From contig JABANN010000001.1 of NCBI GenBank assembly GCA_013115125.1, positions 62,001 through 126,000 on the forward strand: a DNA stretch of 64,000 nucleotides, written 5' to 3'. The stretch comes from Perkinsus olseni (taxonomy: Eukaryota). Positions 1 through 12,555 of this stretch are shown here, piece after piece (the stretch's first letter is position 1; every line of letters begins with the position of its first letter). The notes beneath the pieces were generated by a model. The model was not told the DNA's origin and searched no databases. It saw only the letters and a list, made by a program, of their open reading frames with translations. Made by a program: the position numbers and the translations under genes.

Positions 1-1222
1 CATCAGGCATTCGTAGCATGACGTCGGCGATGAACCGACTCCCAATGGGAGTGCGGCACATCCCTGAAAGGCTACCTCCTGTTCCGAGAGGCGGCCAAAA
101 AAGCGGAGCGTAGCGGTGTAGTCCATCGCGTGCATGAGTATGAGAGCAGTCTTATCCTTATTGGCAACAGAAGCAACATGGTAGAGAGCGTAAGGCAGCA
201 CCTGACCTCGGAGTTCTCTCACTTCCTCGGACAGTCGCAACGACTACCCCGGCCGGGTTGTTAACCATCTTGATGATCTGCAGGATGTAGGGTTTACTAG
301 CTTCATCAGGGTTTATACTATCGCTGGCGATATCCCAGGCCTTGCAAACACTGTACTGTATCCGAACCTGCATGCCCGCAATACGCCTGTCTCGATGCTA
401 CTACCACTACTACTTCAAGGAGCCTGTTCTCATGTGTGAATTGGACCCAGCGGTCCACCATATGGCCACCTCTGCCGGCCTCCTTGTATGATATCTAATT
501 CAAACTGGAGAGACCGGAGGCCCTCCAGGCGGGTTGTCTCACCTTCAGAGGCTCTCCAACTATTTTAGCCTCTGGACGGCCAGGCGGAGTGCTCCCGCCC
601 TTGGCGACCTTTTCGTCATCCTTGCCACAGGACCATGGAAGGGGCGATGGAAACGGAACGCCCTGGGAATCCCGATACATCCCAGACCTGTTTTCTGACA
701 CCTCTAGCTGCTCACCGGTCCAGGCTGGACGACAAGGCATAGCTCCAGAGGCCGCTCGAAAGCCGCAGGAATGATGAGAGCGTCAGCGAACCTATTCAGG
801 GCGGGTTCGAAGGCCGTGGGTCCACACTACCACACTACCTGCTTTCGCTGATGTAGTACTGGGAGAAAACATTACTTCGAAGACAGAAAGCGTAGCGAGG
901 CCCAGCAGCGGGCGACCTCTCAGTAAGCAGGCCCCCAGAACCTCTGCCCGAGGCCGCTGCTGTGGCCGCATCTACTACCGCCGCCGAGGACTTCCCTTCC
1001 TTGGGAGACGCTGCTGGGCCCATCCGCGTGTCCACGACTGACCCAAGAGAGACTGTGCTTCAATGGCAGCGACACATCCCCGATATTACAGTTGAAGTAG
1101 AGTATGCCCGATACTGTGGCGGGGTCGGAGGTCGGACCACTGGCCACACTGCCATGTCCCCCTCCACCGTCACTTGGCGACTTGCCGCTGGTATCTCCCG
1201 GAGGAGCCTCAGCCATATTCAA
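1..1222 (-). CDS. Hypothetical multi-exon protein, 3' end runs off the window
   Basis: A chain of minus-strand ORF pieces (920..1222, 835..1035, 158..373, and LPYALYHVASVANKDKTALILMHAMDY near 100-200) is separated by GT-AG-bounded gaps. No family recognised. Confidence 0.4.
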
Positions 1223-1457
1223 CCCCGAAGATCGACGCCAACGACGACGCTACAAACGACTGTATTCCCAGAGACCGTCGTGGTTATGACTGAACTCAAG
1301 CATGTAAGATACCCAGTGAAAAGATACGACAGTACTTGAAAAGAAACTCGCTTTTAGTAGAGTACGCTAACTGCCTCCTTCCCCATGTCTAACTCGGTCA
1401 CGCTGGCCAGATCCGAGGTTAATGTTACTAGCAGCTTTGATGATACGTTTTGGCAGC

Positions 1458-3007
1458 TTAGGCGGCGGTCACAGCGGCGGTCGACTCCTCAGTGCCGGTG
1501 GTCATGTCCGACCAGAAGTTGATGGCGTCCAAGGCCACCTTGCAGCTCTCGACAACAACCGCTTCATCCTGAGGAGAAAGGTGGAGTAACGCAAAGGGGA
1601 AACGAGAGAGGCGAGAAAGGTACCTCATTATGGTTGACAGGCCTTTGGACGTATTCCCTGAGGAACTTGGTGGCCTCCTCGCCGCCGACGGAGCCGAGTG
1701 CTACAGCGGACTCATGACGGACCATGCATGCCTCATCAGTGTCCTTCACTGAGTCAATCAGGGCCTTGACGCTCGAGAGGGTCTGCCATAGCGGGAGCGA
1801 TGAAACGGGGGCCGAGTCCAGGTGAGGCTGTACTCACCATTTCCTTATCGGCATCGAATGCAACCTGTGCTACGACAAAGGCAAGCTCGTGCCTCATCAA
1901 GGCCGAGGAGTGGTCCTCTCTCAAAACTCTGGCGAGAGCCTTCAAAGCCTCGGGATCGGGAGACCTGCCGACGACCAGCGTGGAAAGGCAGCAAGAGATC
2001 GACGACAGGCCTACACTGAGCCAGGCAAGGTGGCAGCACGGAGCTGGTACATGGCTGCGTATCGGTCAGAGAGCCTCGCCTTGGGGTCCATGAGATGGCG
2101 CGCGGCCTGGGCGGTGGGGCAGTAGGAGACGAACAGAGACGCGGCAAGGGCCTACCTCCTCAGTCTTAGTGGCGTGCTGACGGGCCTTGGCTCCGATGGG
2201 GTCCACAGTGTTGAACTCACTGCGCTGGGCGTCCGTGTCCTTCGTCTTCTTCAGATCTGCATGGCGTAATGAAAGGGAGTGGCTCTATAGCATTAGTAGT
2301 GGGCCTACTCTCGAGGGACTCGACGGCCAAAGTAGCGGTGTCACGGATGGCCTCATTCTCATGAATCAGATACGGACGGATCTTCTCGAGAGAGTCGACG
2401 GAGCCACAAGCGGCAAGACCCTCAATAGCCTCATGACGCACCTAACATGGTCCAATAACATGCTTCGACCTGACCTATCTCGTATCTTCCACCGTCGCGC
2501 TGAAGATACGCCGCGAGGTCCTACCATAGGATGCTCGTCGACATCATCCATTACGTTCTCGAGCTTCCATGCGCCCTCAAGCCCGTGCTCCATCTGGCCG
2601 ATGCAATAGCATGCTTCATGTCGGAGGAGAACCTGAGAAGTTTCGTAAGGAGTGGTATGAACAGCACGCATGCACAAACCGATTTTGTTTCGGGCTCCAA
2701 AACCTTATAAAGAGCTTCAATCGCTTCAGAATCATCGCGGCTCCGTGCGTAGAACAGGGCACGGTACCTGCGTCAATACGAAATGCCTCGCCTGATGGTA
2801 GCAGGGAATTGCTGACTACCTCTGCTCCACTGGGGCCTCGGGGTCGGCTAGAAGGCACTTGACCTCCTCCCAGGTAGGCTCATTCTCTTCTCCGCGGAAT
2901 TGTCTGGACATAGGGGCGGGGGCTTAGAAATTGACTGAGGGAGGTCGGGGGTCTAAACTACACTGGTCTTGAGCATCACTCCAGGGTCGTAGGATATCGT
3001 CATCCAT
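1458..3007 (-). CDS. DOHH: Deoxyhypusine hydroxylase (HEAT-repeat di-iron enzyme), multi-exon
   Basis: Four His-Glu motifs lie across exons: LLRHEACYCIGQM, HPMV/RHEAIEGLAA, ALMRHELAFVVAQ, MVRHESAVALGSVG. N-terminal RYRALFY; C-terminal VVVESCKVALD...TAA* (stop at 1458-1460). Start uncertain. Confidence 0.92.
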
Positions 3008-3270
3008 AGCTAACACATGCGTTGCGCCACCTTCAACCTTGGAAGCCCGTGGTTGTACACCAGATCTGTACGACGGCGACACAATGACTGTCCCCTCTAT
3101 CATAGCTCTACCTCTCCATTCAGACATCCCTGTCGAATGAAGGCGGCACACAATAGGGGGACACTGAGTTCAAAGCCTCCTAGGGCATCCCAACTCGGAC
3201 CGTAGAAGCACTATAGAAACAGGAACGTGTACGTAAATACGTTGATGCCGATGCATCGCTGAGTAGACGA

Positions 3271-6200
3271 CTACAGCTTGACCCGCTTGCTGCCACCGGC
3301 CGCCGTCGCATCGCTCCGCCCCTCTTTTCGTTTGGCTTCCGAACGTCGTACGTCTCGACCAGCCGAGTCCGCAGCAGCAGCCATCAACGCAGTGGTGCGG
3401 ATCTTACGAGGAGCCCTGATGAATACAGCACCGTCAAGTCGGAAGCCTCACTTCACGGAGTCACGACGTCACTGTTGTACGAGTCCACTCCCATTGCAAG
3501 GGACGCCATACCTATCATTAGTGGGGCCTTCCTTTCTGGCTTTCCGCTCCGCCTTCTCCTTCTTGTTCTTCTCAATCAACTTCGCCTCCCGAGCCCTCCT
3601 GTCCCCAACAGTGACGTTACCTGAGACGGCTGTAGTAATCATCACGCATCAGTCACATCAGTAGTACCCTTCTCGATGGACTCCTTCGCCTTCTGTCGTC
3701 GCTTAGCCTTCCTGTTGCCACGCACTGCTGCCTTCTCCTCACCTGTCATCTCCTCTCTCACCTTCTGCTTCTCCGGGCCCTTAGTGACCTAAAGATCCCC
3801 ATTCTTAGCGGAGCGAAGCAACTACCCTTCCCGTATTCATCACCTCATTTCCTTCGGTACCACCAGCAGCCACAGTAATAGGTACCGCCTCTTCCATGCG
3901 AATAGCCGGTGCATCACCATCCCTAGCAGCCTTCGACAGGGCCGAATCCAACACCTGACACATGCCGGCCAACTCCCATCCGCACCAGCAGTCGCCCCGT
4001 CAGTACCGGTCGAGGCGTGAAGTTCTGGTTAGTGAGAGTATCCAGCTTGTGCATGAGTTTGCCGAAGAGCTTCCTCAGCTCCACTCTATCGGCATCCTGC
4101 TGGAGCTCCGCATCAGTCTGCTGGCCCAGCATCTGATCACCACCAGCCCCCCCATCAGTGACCCCTCCATCAGCCCTCGTCGCGGTACCTCAGTCTCATA
4201 CTGCTTAGCATAGACATCGGCCAGGCCTAGGCGGGACTTCTGGAAGTTTAGGGTCTCCACGGAGTCGTCCCCCTGCTGGCTGTCCTTTAACCGCATCACC
4301 TACGCCAACCTCGTGAGCTCAGAGTGGCAGAGAGGGAGCCTCACCTCCTCCTCGCTGCGCTTGATAACGTCGTCGTAGGTCTCGTCGGCAACCCTCTGCC
4401 TGATGATCGCATCTACGTCAATCTTGAATGCCCCGGGTGCGGCTTGGGTGAGCTCATCCTCATCCTCTTCTGAAAAAACCAAGCACACTGTCCCCCGATA
4501 CCAAACCTCCGCCAGATCAGAGCCGAGTGGCACCCATAGGCGTATCGGAGGCCCCTTCCAACATTCCCAGCGCACAGTCTGCGCGCCACCGGCAGCATTA
4601 CTACCTCCCTCCTCCCACTGCTTCTCAGCCCTCCTGGCTGCCAGCTTCGAGAAGGGTAGGTCAATATGCTGCTCCAAGAGAGAGTTCAAGGGACGACTGC
4701 TGCCTGTCGCCTCGCCTGTCATCGTCCAATGCTTCTCCTGAACCATCGCCATCCCCTCCTGGAAGTAACCGCTATCCCCCGCTTACATCCAACTGCTCCC
4801 GCTCCATCTCCTCTATTTCGTTCTCCATATCAGCAATCCTCTTCTTCAACGCTGACGTCTCGGAGCGTCTCGAGTCCTCGGCCACAGAAGGCCCCCCCTG
4901 CTCCTTCTCTTCGCCGGCGAAGGCCTGTTTAGCCTCTGAGCATGAAGGTGTGCAAGTGGATGGGCGGGCGCCCAAGGCAAAACATACGCGGCATGGGTTC
5001 TTCGAGTCAGTCCTCTCCCCATGTATTACCATCCTCACTCTCTTCTTCTTCCTCCTCTTCCCCAAGGTCTCCTTGCATTTCCTTCAACTGCTGCTCGAGG
5101 GCTGCTTCCTCCTCGTCCTCAAGGTTCTCTCCTTCAGGGAAGCCCAGGCCTCCTTCTGCCTCTTCCTCATCCTCTCCCTCATCATCATCACTAGACCCTT
5201 CTACCTCACCATCACGCGGCCTACCGAACACTACCCTGTTAAAACTCTACAAAACAGCCCTTTACTTGACGACGGCGGCCTCCTCTCCCTCCTCTGGAGC
5301 ATCAAAGAAGTCGCTGTACATGAGCTTATCGACATCTACATCTTCAGAATCTGATCGCCTCAGGCTCAGGAAGAAGCGCCGAGCGGTAGCTAGCCCACCG
5401 TCATCCCCTATGGGTTTCTCAAGATCCATGAACTCATCGTCTTCTCCCCAATCCTCGTCCTCATCATCCTCATCCTCATCCCCCGCCTTCTTCCCGGCCT
5501 GAGTAATCGCAGCCCATCGGAGCGATCGTCACGCGCTACGAAACTACCTTATGCCGAGCTGCTATCTCAGCATCCTTCTTATCTTCCATCTCGAGGAAGT
5601 CGTTCATGTCAGAAAGTTTGAAGAGGCCCTCGTCGACCGCCGAAGATTTCGGACCTGCCCGTACCGTTTGGTTCCCTCGGCGTCCTGCACAATGATCAAT
5701 GACCGGGAGGCGATAGGATTTTCACGGCGCCACTTGTGAAATTCGCGGATACCAAAGCACGCCTTGGGTGAGATGCACCTAGCCTTCAGTGCTTCCCGAA
5801 CTAGTACCCTTCTCGCCACCCTCAGCTGGCTCTTGTTCTCCCTCCCCCTCCTCATCCTCTTGATCAGATGCCAAAGCGGAACTGGCCTCGCTCGCCATGT
5901 CAACATCCTCTTCGTTCTCACTCGCCGTGCTGAGACAGGTATCCGTTAATTTGCGCGTGTGTGCCCATACCACTCCTTCCGCAACTCCCCGACCGCCTAC
6001 TACCTTGCATCGCTGACTTCACCAGCCTCAGCATCAGGCAGGAGCTGTATGCCGTCGGCACCGTTCAGCTTCTCCAAGAACCTAACGGTATCGCCTCCCC
6101 TCACCCGTGTACCCCAATCCCCTACTTCATCTTTTTCTTGAGTATTTTCTCTAAGGGCTTCTGTTGGTTGTCTATCTCCTGCCATATCTGGTCCAAGTCC

Positions 6201-6547
6201 AAGCCGTCCACCACCAGATTTTCCAATGCCCCCAAAGCCCCTATGACGGCCGCAATAAAGGAACGCATCATTTCCTCTGTGCACTACCATCCACTTCCTC
6301 AGTCTTCGCCAATAAGGCGTAGAACTCCTGTGCCGCCGCGGAAGCCTCGTCATACACCAGTCGGCATTTATCATCGTCATACCTTACACCACAAGTAATA
6401 CCACTCCTCCACCAACTCCCACTACTACAAATTCTCAGGAGCCCCTATTAAGGCTGAACACACTTGATCAACCTGACGGATCCACGCCGGTTGTTGGCCC
6501 AGATCGGCTACACCGACATCCGCCGTCTGCTCTGACGTAGTGGCCAT
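3271..6547 (-). CDS. MPP10: U3 snoRNP / SSU processome protein Mpp10, multi-exon
   Basis: Motifs: LVVDGLDLDQIWQEI, an acidic middle region, EKHWTMTGEATGSSRPLNSLLE, IIRQRVADETYDDV, LNFQKSRLGLADVYAKQY, LMHKLDTLTNQNFTP, MEEAVP. Basic C-terminus ends KRVKL*. Confidence 0.9.
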
Positions 6548-6817
6548 CAAGAACGTTAGTGAACTACGCAGGAAAACCCTAACCCCCTCCCACTACTATC
6601 AACGCAACCCTTCATGATGGTGTATCAAAAAACTACTACTACCAGCATCACAAAGCTTCTCTATCAGCATGCTATACGCAGAGGGTCGATGACGATGATG
6701 ACACCACCGACAAGGCGAGTGAGGGATACTTCCACTCAAACGCTGTACCATAATAACAAATGTAGCAAAGAAAGGAAGGTGAGCATCATCATCGAAGAGC
6801 AGCAACGTGTGGTGATA

Positions 6818-8023
6818 TTAGTTGACACGAGTATGCTCCTCCACCATACCAGGCAAGACGCCCTTGCCGAGGACATAATCTTGGGCCCAGTACCCAACCT
6901 GACGTCCATCCCATCAAGAGGGGAACACCGTCACTGTACTTACCTCCCATCTAACCATCTCGTCCTTATTCCACATCTTGTGCACCCTTTCTAGAGTATT
7001 CAAGTCGAACATGTCGCCATCCTGCACGAAACTCCATGATGGACGCTCTGTCGCCGCTATAGCAGCAAGTAGAAAACACTTACAGACATAAAGGTGTCTC
7101 GAACGAGAGTCTGCGTCCAGTAACGGTCCTCGTAGTAGAGACGAACTAGCATGAAGATTTGATCGCATTCTCCGCAACGGTACATGAAGCCCTCCCTGAA
7201 GCCGAGGACAATACTCGTTACCTTCTAGAAAGAGAAGCTACCGGCATCTGAACCACAAGGTAAAATGCTCCTCGTCGCCGACACCACCGGTGCAAGCGAC
7301 GACGCGCTCTTGCCCGACAGCAGGCACCAGGACAGGGTTCTCGATAGTGCCAAACGGGCCAACGAAAGATGCGCCTCTCAAATACTCGTACCTGCGCGAC
7401 GGGCATCACCCTAGTCTACAATGGCAAATGGGGACTACAGTTCGATGAGGCCCATCATATGGCTGGAGGGTTCATCAACGATCTGCAAGCCCATGTCCCT
7501 TGCTAGGTCGATGTAGCTTTTAGACGGCAAAGCCTCGGGGTCCAATAGCGTAGCCTCGCCGCGAATCCTATTGTACCTGAATGGTGTCGATAGATCCGCT
7601 GAAGCGGAAGGGGAGAGGACTACCAGTAGTCGTCCACGAAGCCCCGTTCGGTTTGAGGAGTAGCCATGAGGGTCTTAACATCCTCAGGCATCGAGTCTAG
7701 CGGCAAAGCCCAATCATCCTCAGACATACGGTGCCAATGACGGTACCTACCGATAATAGAGGTAGTGAACGTAACGGCAGCGTTGAAGGCTCCGTAGGGA
7801 TTCCAATCGAATGCCCCAGCAAACTATAGTATTAGCCCCGGAGACAACCTCGAACGCCTGTCACACAACGGCCCAGTAACGAGTCCCGAGAGATGAGGAG
7901 TTGATAAGACGACCATGACCCTACGTACCATCTTGTTTGCTGCTTCTGCGCGACTGGAGCAGTCCGGGCAGGGAGGAAAGATGTCCCCAGAAAGCGGTTG
8001 AAGGTCCTCGTCAGTAGGGTCAT
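6818..8023 (-). CDS. COX5B: Cytochrome c oxidase subunit 5b, myzozoan type, with mitochondrial presequence, multi-exon
   Basis: Spliced exons give [54 protein letters not shown], the COX5B zinc-binding motif. The N-terminus [16 protein letters not shown] is Arg/Thr-rich. Confidence 0.88.
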
Positions 8024-8168
8024 GGTGGGCCGTTGCCGAGGAACTGTACGGGCTTCTGCACTCTAATTGATTTTAGGGCGAGCGCGTTAGTACGGCAGCG
8101 GAGCGAAGCATGGCCCGCAATAGCTCGAAAGGCAGCAGTATTATCATCACTACGACTTCACCATAGTT

Positions 8169-9584
8169 ATGTCAAGTTCTTCCTCCAGCAAACCCTCAAG
8201 TGAATTTACTGACAGCAGCACTGATGAACTAGAGCTATCATCTTCGTCATGCTCCGAGTTCTCGGAAGTTGACGGTAAGAACGAAGGGAAGGCCGACGGA
8301 ACTCCCGACTTCACCGCCATCTTCAACGTTGTCATGACCGCTGTCGGTGTGGGTATGCTGGCGCTGTCCAAAGCCACGGCTAGTGTGGGGTATCTACCAG
8401 GCATCATCCTACTACTCGTCTGTGCCGTAGTAGGCTGGATAATGGTATACCTCCTGTACAGATGCCGTGTGATGGCTCTGCATTTGGGTATGGAGTATGT
8501 CCCGGCTTACGAGGAGCTCGGAGAGGCCGCTTTCGGTAAAGTTGGTAAGACGATCGTTGCGATCTGTCTACACATCTCTCTTATTGGAACCTCATGCGTC
8601 CTCATCCTCCTACTCGGCCAAAATTCCTACCATATCTATGACGGCATCTCGGTCACGTGGTGGGTTATCATTTGGACTGTCATTCTCCTGCCTGTAAACT
8701 GGCTCAAGACCATGCGCGAAATTGGTTATGTCTCCAGCACTATCGGTGTTGCATCCATTATCGTGTCCGTTATTGGTCTCTCTGTCGCCGGTTTCGTCCA
8801 GGCCGCTGATAACAATGGTGATGTCGACTACGAAATAGGTGTACCGCAACCACTCACCATCATCGGTGCTTACACCACGTTTTCTTTTTCCTTCTCAGTC
8901 ACATGTGGCACGACTACTGTAGTCCACGATATGCGTAATCCAACTCATGCTCCTAAGGTTTTCTTTTTTGCTTTCGCTACGCTTGTTGTTGTCTATGCTG
9001 TCGTGACCTGTGCTGCTTACCTTGGCTGGGGCCAAGGCCTTCTTTGCTATGATAACGTCTTAGATGCTATGCGAAAAGATGTATGGGGATACATATCTTT
9101 CGTTAGTATTGTCGTACTATGTGCTACGCACTATGCTGTTTTGCTGCACCCATCCTGCAGGGCCATCGAGGTCCTTGCTGGTTTGGAAGACGGCTCGCCA
9201 AGGGCTCAGAAGTGGGGGAAATGGCCCACTTTAGTTGCCACTTGCTGTCTACGCAGCCTTCTTGTTGTTATCACCGCGGTCATTGCGATCACGGTGCCCA
9301 ACTTTTCACTGCTGGTTGATTATCTATCGGCTGTTACCTACACGCTGGTCCATCTCATCTTCCCTCCTCTATTTTACATGAGATTGAGGTACTTGATGTC
9401 TCGTAGTTATGAGAACAAGGAGTTGGCCAAGGCTGAAGGGAACTTTGGCTCAAAGCGAGCAACAATGAGGAGTCTTTCATTGATCTTCCTCATGCTCGTG
9501 GCGCTGCTCGGATCGGCATTAACCCTCTACAAGACGGTTGATCCACCAGCAACGCCCGAAGAGTGCTCCCTGCTCTCGTTATAA
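8169..9584 (+). CDS. Amino acid/auxin permease (AAAP, Aa_trans) family transporter, intronless
   Basis: 471-aa ORF with about 11 hydrophobic segments. TM1 AIFNVVMTAVGVGMLAL, YEELGEAAFGKVG, HDMRNP, AYLGWG, IFPPLFY. Confidence 0.92.
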   Translation: MSSSSSSKPSSEFTDSSTDELELSSSSCSEFSEVDGKNEGKADGTPDFTAIFNVVMTAVGVGMLALSKATASVGYLPGIILLLVCAVVGWIMVYLLYRCRVMALHLGMEYVPAYEELGEAAFGKVGKTIVAICLHISLIGTSCVLILLLGQNSYHIYDGISVTWWVIIWTVILLPVNWLKTMREIGYVSSTIGVASIIVSVIGLSVAGFVQAADNNGDVDYEIGVPQPLTIIGAYTTFSFSFSVTCGTTTVVHDMRNPTHAPKVFFFAFATLVVVYAVVTCAAYLGWGQGLLCYDNVLDAMRKDVWGYISFVSIVVLCATHYAVLLHPSCRAIEVLAGLEDGSPRAQKWGKWPTLVATCCLRSLLVVITAVIAITVPNFSLLVDYLSAVTYTLVHLIFPPLFYMRLRYLMSRSYENKELAKAEGNFGSKRATMRSLSLIFLMLVALLGSALTLYKTVDPPATPEECSLLSL

Positions 9585-10570
9585 AGAGCAGGTAAGAGCA
9601 GCTCATGCTTTTTGAGTCCATTTATAGGTTATCATTCCTATCCCTTTCGTTACATTAGCCAACGCCCCGTGAATTCGGGACTGCAGTGCTTCTAGTAGCG
9701 CCAACTTCTTCTTATATCGGAACTTGCACGTGAGCATGACGACCGGTCGTGCACTTAGCTGATGTCCTTCCATCAGTCTCTTGGTCATGCTAGTTGACTA
9801 AGAGCTGTTGGTTGACGTGTTTCTTTTAGCACGCGCTTGTACAGATATCCCTCCTTGGCTACCATTGAGAGGAGTCCAATGCTAACAGTTCCTGTCGGTT
9901 GATGACAATTAACTAAGTCAGTGCTTTATATTAGTGTTTACGGCAGAAGTATCTGTGTCGTCAAGCGGTTGCTGGCATCCAGTGGAAGAGCACGATCTTG
10001 TGCAGCTGCATCTTCGACTGCGACGCAGGGCCGTTGAGCGCACCAGGGACTCCTGCGTCACTTTGCGTTTCGTCCCCATCCTTTATTGTGGTTCATCGTA
10101 TAGCAGTCCATCATCCCCCTAAAGGGTAGTTGCTGCTATGGTCCCCTGTTATCTTGGGGGAGTGCTCTCTAGGCTGGTGGTCCCATCGGGAGACATAGCT
10201 TGCTCAGGCCTCGTTGGTATCCAGGGCTCATGCCGCGTTCTCTGTCATATTCGCTCATTGTTCGCGGAGAGTCTATGGCCGGCCAGGCCGTTTACCAGAC
10301 GGTTTATATTGTTTCTGTTTCCCGATTGAGGTTGCCATCCTATCAGCAGGCTTTCCGTGGGTGGTTGTATATCGTATAGCATTCGTCTCCGTTCAACGAC
10401 GTTTCTTTTTGAGTTCAACAACGGGCACGGCTGTCGAGGGGTTTCTAGGCGAGTTGCATGCTGAGTTCATCCTCACTCGTGGTTTCGTGAACGAGGTGCC
10501 GGCATTGGAGATCGTGTCGTTGGCGATAGTTCTCTATGATCTTTAGCACTGTTTCTATCTCCTTCCCGTC

Positions 10571-11971
10571 ATGTCCTGGTCTCCAAGCAGATCCGTTGAC
10601 ACGTCATCCTCTAGCTCTACTACCGAGAAGCCCGTGTCGTCATCATCCTCGTCTTCCGGCGAGCTCTCCGAGAAGCTCTCTGGTGAAGAGGTGAGGGTAG
10701 ACGGCACTCCGGATTTTATGGCCGTCTTCAACGTTGTCATGACTGCTGGTGGGGAAGGTATGCTGGCCTTGACTAGAGCCACGGCCAGTGTAGGATATCT
10801 ACCAGCCCTCATCCTCCTCATCGTCTGTGGCGCTATAGGATGGCTTATGGTATACCTCCTGTACAGATGCCGTGTGATGGCCCAGCATATGGGTAGGGAG
10901 TTTGTCTTGGCCTATGAGGACCTGGGAGAGGCCGCTTTCGGTAAAGTTGGGAGGACAGTTGTTGCTGTCTGTCTGCACATCTCTCTCATCGGGACCTGTT
11001 GCATCGTCATCCTCCTGCTCGGCCAGAACTCCTACCATATTTACGATGGCATCTCAGTCACGTGGTGGGTTATCATTTGGGCGGTCATCCTCCTGCCTCT
11101 CAACTGGCTGAAGACCATGCGAGAAATTGGCTACGTCTCCAACACCTTCGGTGTTGCTTCTGTTCTCATGTCCGTTATCGGTCTTTCCGTCGGCGGTTTC
11201 GTCCAGGCCGCCAAGAATTACGGGAATGTAGACTACGAGCTGGGCGTCACGCAGCCACTTACCATCTTCGCTGCGTACACTACGTTTTCGTTCGCTTATG
11301 CTGTGACATGCGGGTCCACTACTGTAGTCCACGACATGCGTACCCCCACTCACGCTCCCAAGGTTTTCTTCTACGCTTTCGCTACGATCATTATCCAGTT
11401 GGGCGTGGTGACTGCCGCTGCTTACCTAGGTTGGGGCCAGAGCCTTCTTTGCTACGGAAATGTTCTGGATGCTATGCAGAAGAACGTATGGGGATACATC
11501 TCCTTTGTGAGTATCCTTGGGTTGTGTGCTACGCACTATGCTCTCCTGCTGCATCCATCCTGCAGGGCCATCGAGGTCCTTGCTGGTTTGGAAGACGGCT
11601 CGCCGAGAGCTGTAAGGTGGGGAAAATGGCCCACTTTAGTTGCCACTTGCTGTCTACGCAGCCTTCTCGTTGTTATCACCGCGGTCATTACGATAGCAGT
11701 GCCAAACTTTACACTGCAGGTTGATTATCTATCGGCTGTTACCTACACGCTGATTCATCTTGTGTTTCCCCCTCTATTCTATATGAGACTGAGGTACTTG
11801 ATGTCTCGTAGTTATGAGGCCAAGGCTGAAGGCAACTTCGGCTCAAAGCGAGCAACAATGAGGAGTCTGGCCCTGATCTTCCTCATGCTCGTGGCGTTGG
11901 TTGGAGCGGTATGGACTTTGTACCAGACCATCAACCCTGCACCAGCGCCCGAGGAGTGCTCGCTGCTCTAG
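10571..11971 (+). CDS. AAAP family amino acid transporter, tandem paralog, intronless
   Basis: 466-aa ORF collinear with and highly similar to 8169..9584. Confidence 0.92.
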   Translation: MSWSPSRSVDTSSSSSTTEKPVSSSSSSSGELSEKLSGEEVRVDGTPDFMAVFNVVMTAGGEGMLALTRATASVGYLPALILLIVCGAIGWLMVYLLYRCRVMAQHMGREFVLAYEDLGEAAFGKVGRTVVAVCLHISLIGTCCIVILLLGQNSYHIYDGISVTWWVIIWAVILLPLNWLKTMREIGYVSNTFGVASVLMSVIGLSVGGFVQAAKNYGNVDYELGVTQPLTIFAAYTTFSFAYAVTCGSTTVVHDMRTPTHAPKVFFYAFATIIIQLGVVTAAAYLGWGQSLLCYGNVLDAMQKNVWGYISFVSILGLCATHYALLLHPSCRAIEVLAGLEDGSPRAVRWGKWPTLVATCCLRSLLVVITAVITIAVPNFTLQVDYLSAVTYTLIHLVFPPLFYMRLRYLMSRSYEAKAEGNFGSKRATMRSLALIFLMLVALVGAVWTLYQTINPAPAPEECSLL

Positions 11972-12555
11972 TCGCTGGGAATGCTTCGAGTACTTCCCTT
12001 ACACATGGGTTTCTATACCTCTGCATCAGCAGGCTTCTATGTGCACTCAGTGAGTGCCACTTATGTTTCGTTTCTCTCTGTCTTTTCATGTGGTTTCTGA
12101 GTGGTTCTCTTCCATTTCCTTGAACTGTCCCGATACGTTCTGACAATTTCACGGGGCTCATGGCTCGTGTATGTTACTCGGGCCTTGCTACTATCTAAGG
12201 CTCGCTGAACCTTTTCTGTCCTATTGGTCTATTGTTTGCGAAGGTCTACGGCCGGTGAGGTCTCTATCAGGCAGTTTTCTCTCCCTGTCTGCCATTCTAT
12301 CAGAGCGGCGTGTAGCTTTTTCACAGTGTGTAGTTATATACCGAGTAACGCCTGTCTCTGTACTAATCTTTCCGTGTGGTGTCGCAACACAATGGTCGTC
12401 AGGGGTGGGTGTAAACGGGGCTTCTCCTCTAGGGCTGCTGGGGCTATTTCGATTTTGGGAGTGTGCGCTCGTCGATCTGGCTGGCAATGCGTCCTTATCG
12501 CAGTTTGGAGTACCGGTGCCCTCTTGGCAGCTTACTACTTGTAACTGCATCGCCA

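Noticed and set aside
4527-5502. Long plus-strand ORFs (275 aa and 186 aa)
   Set aside because: Antisense shadows of the acidic low-complexity MPP10 exons.
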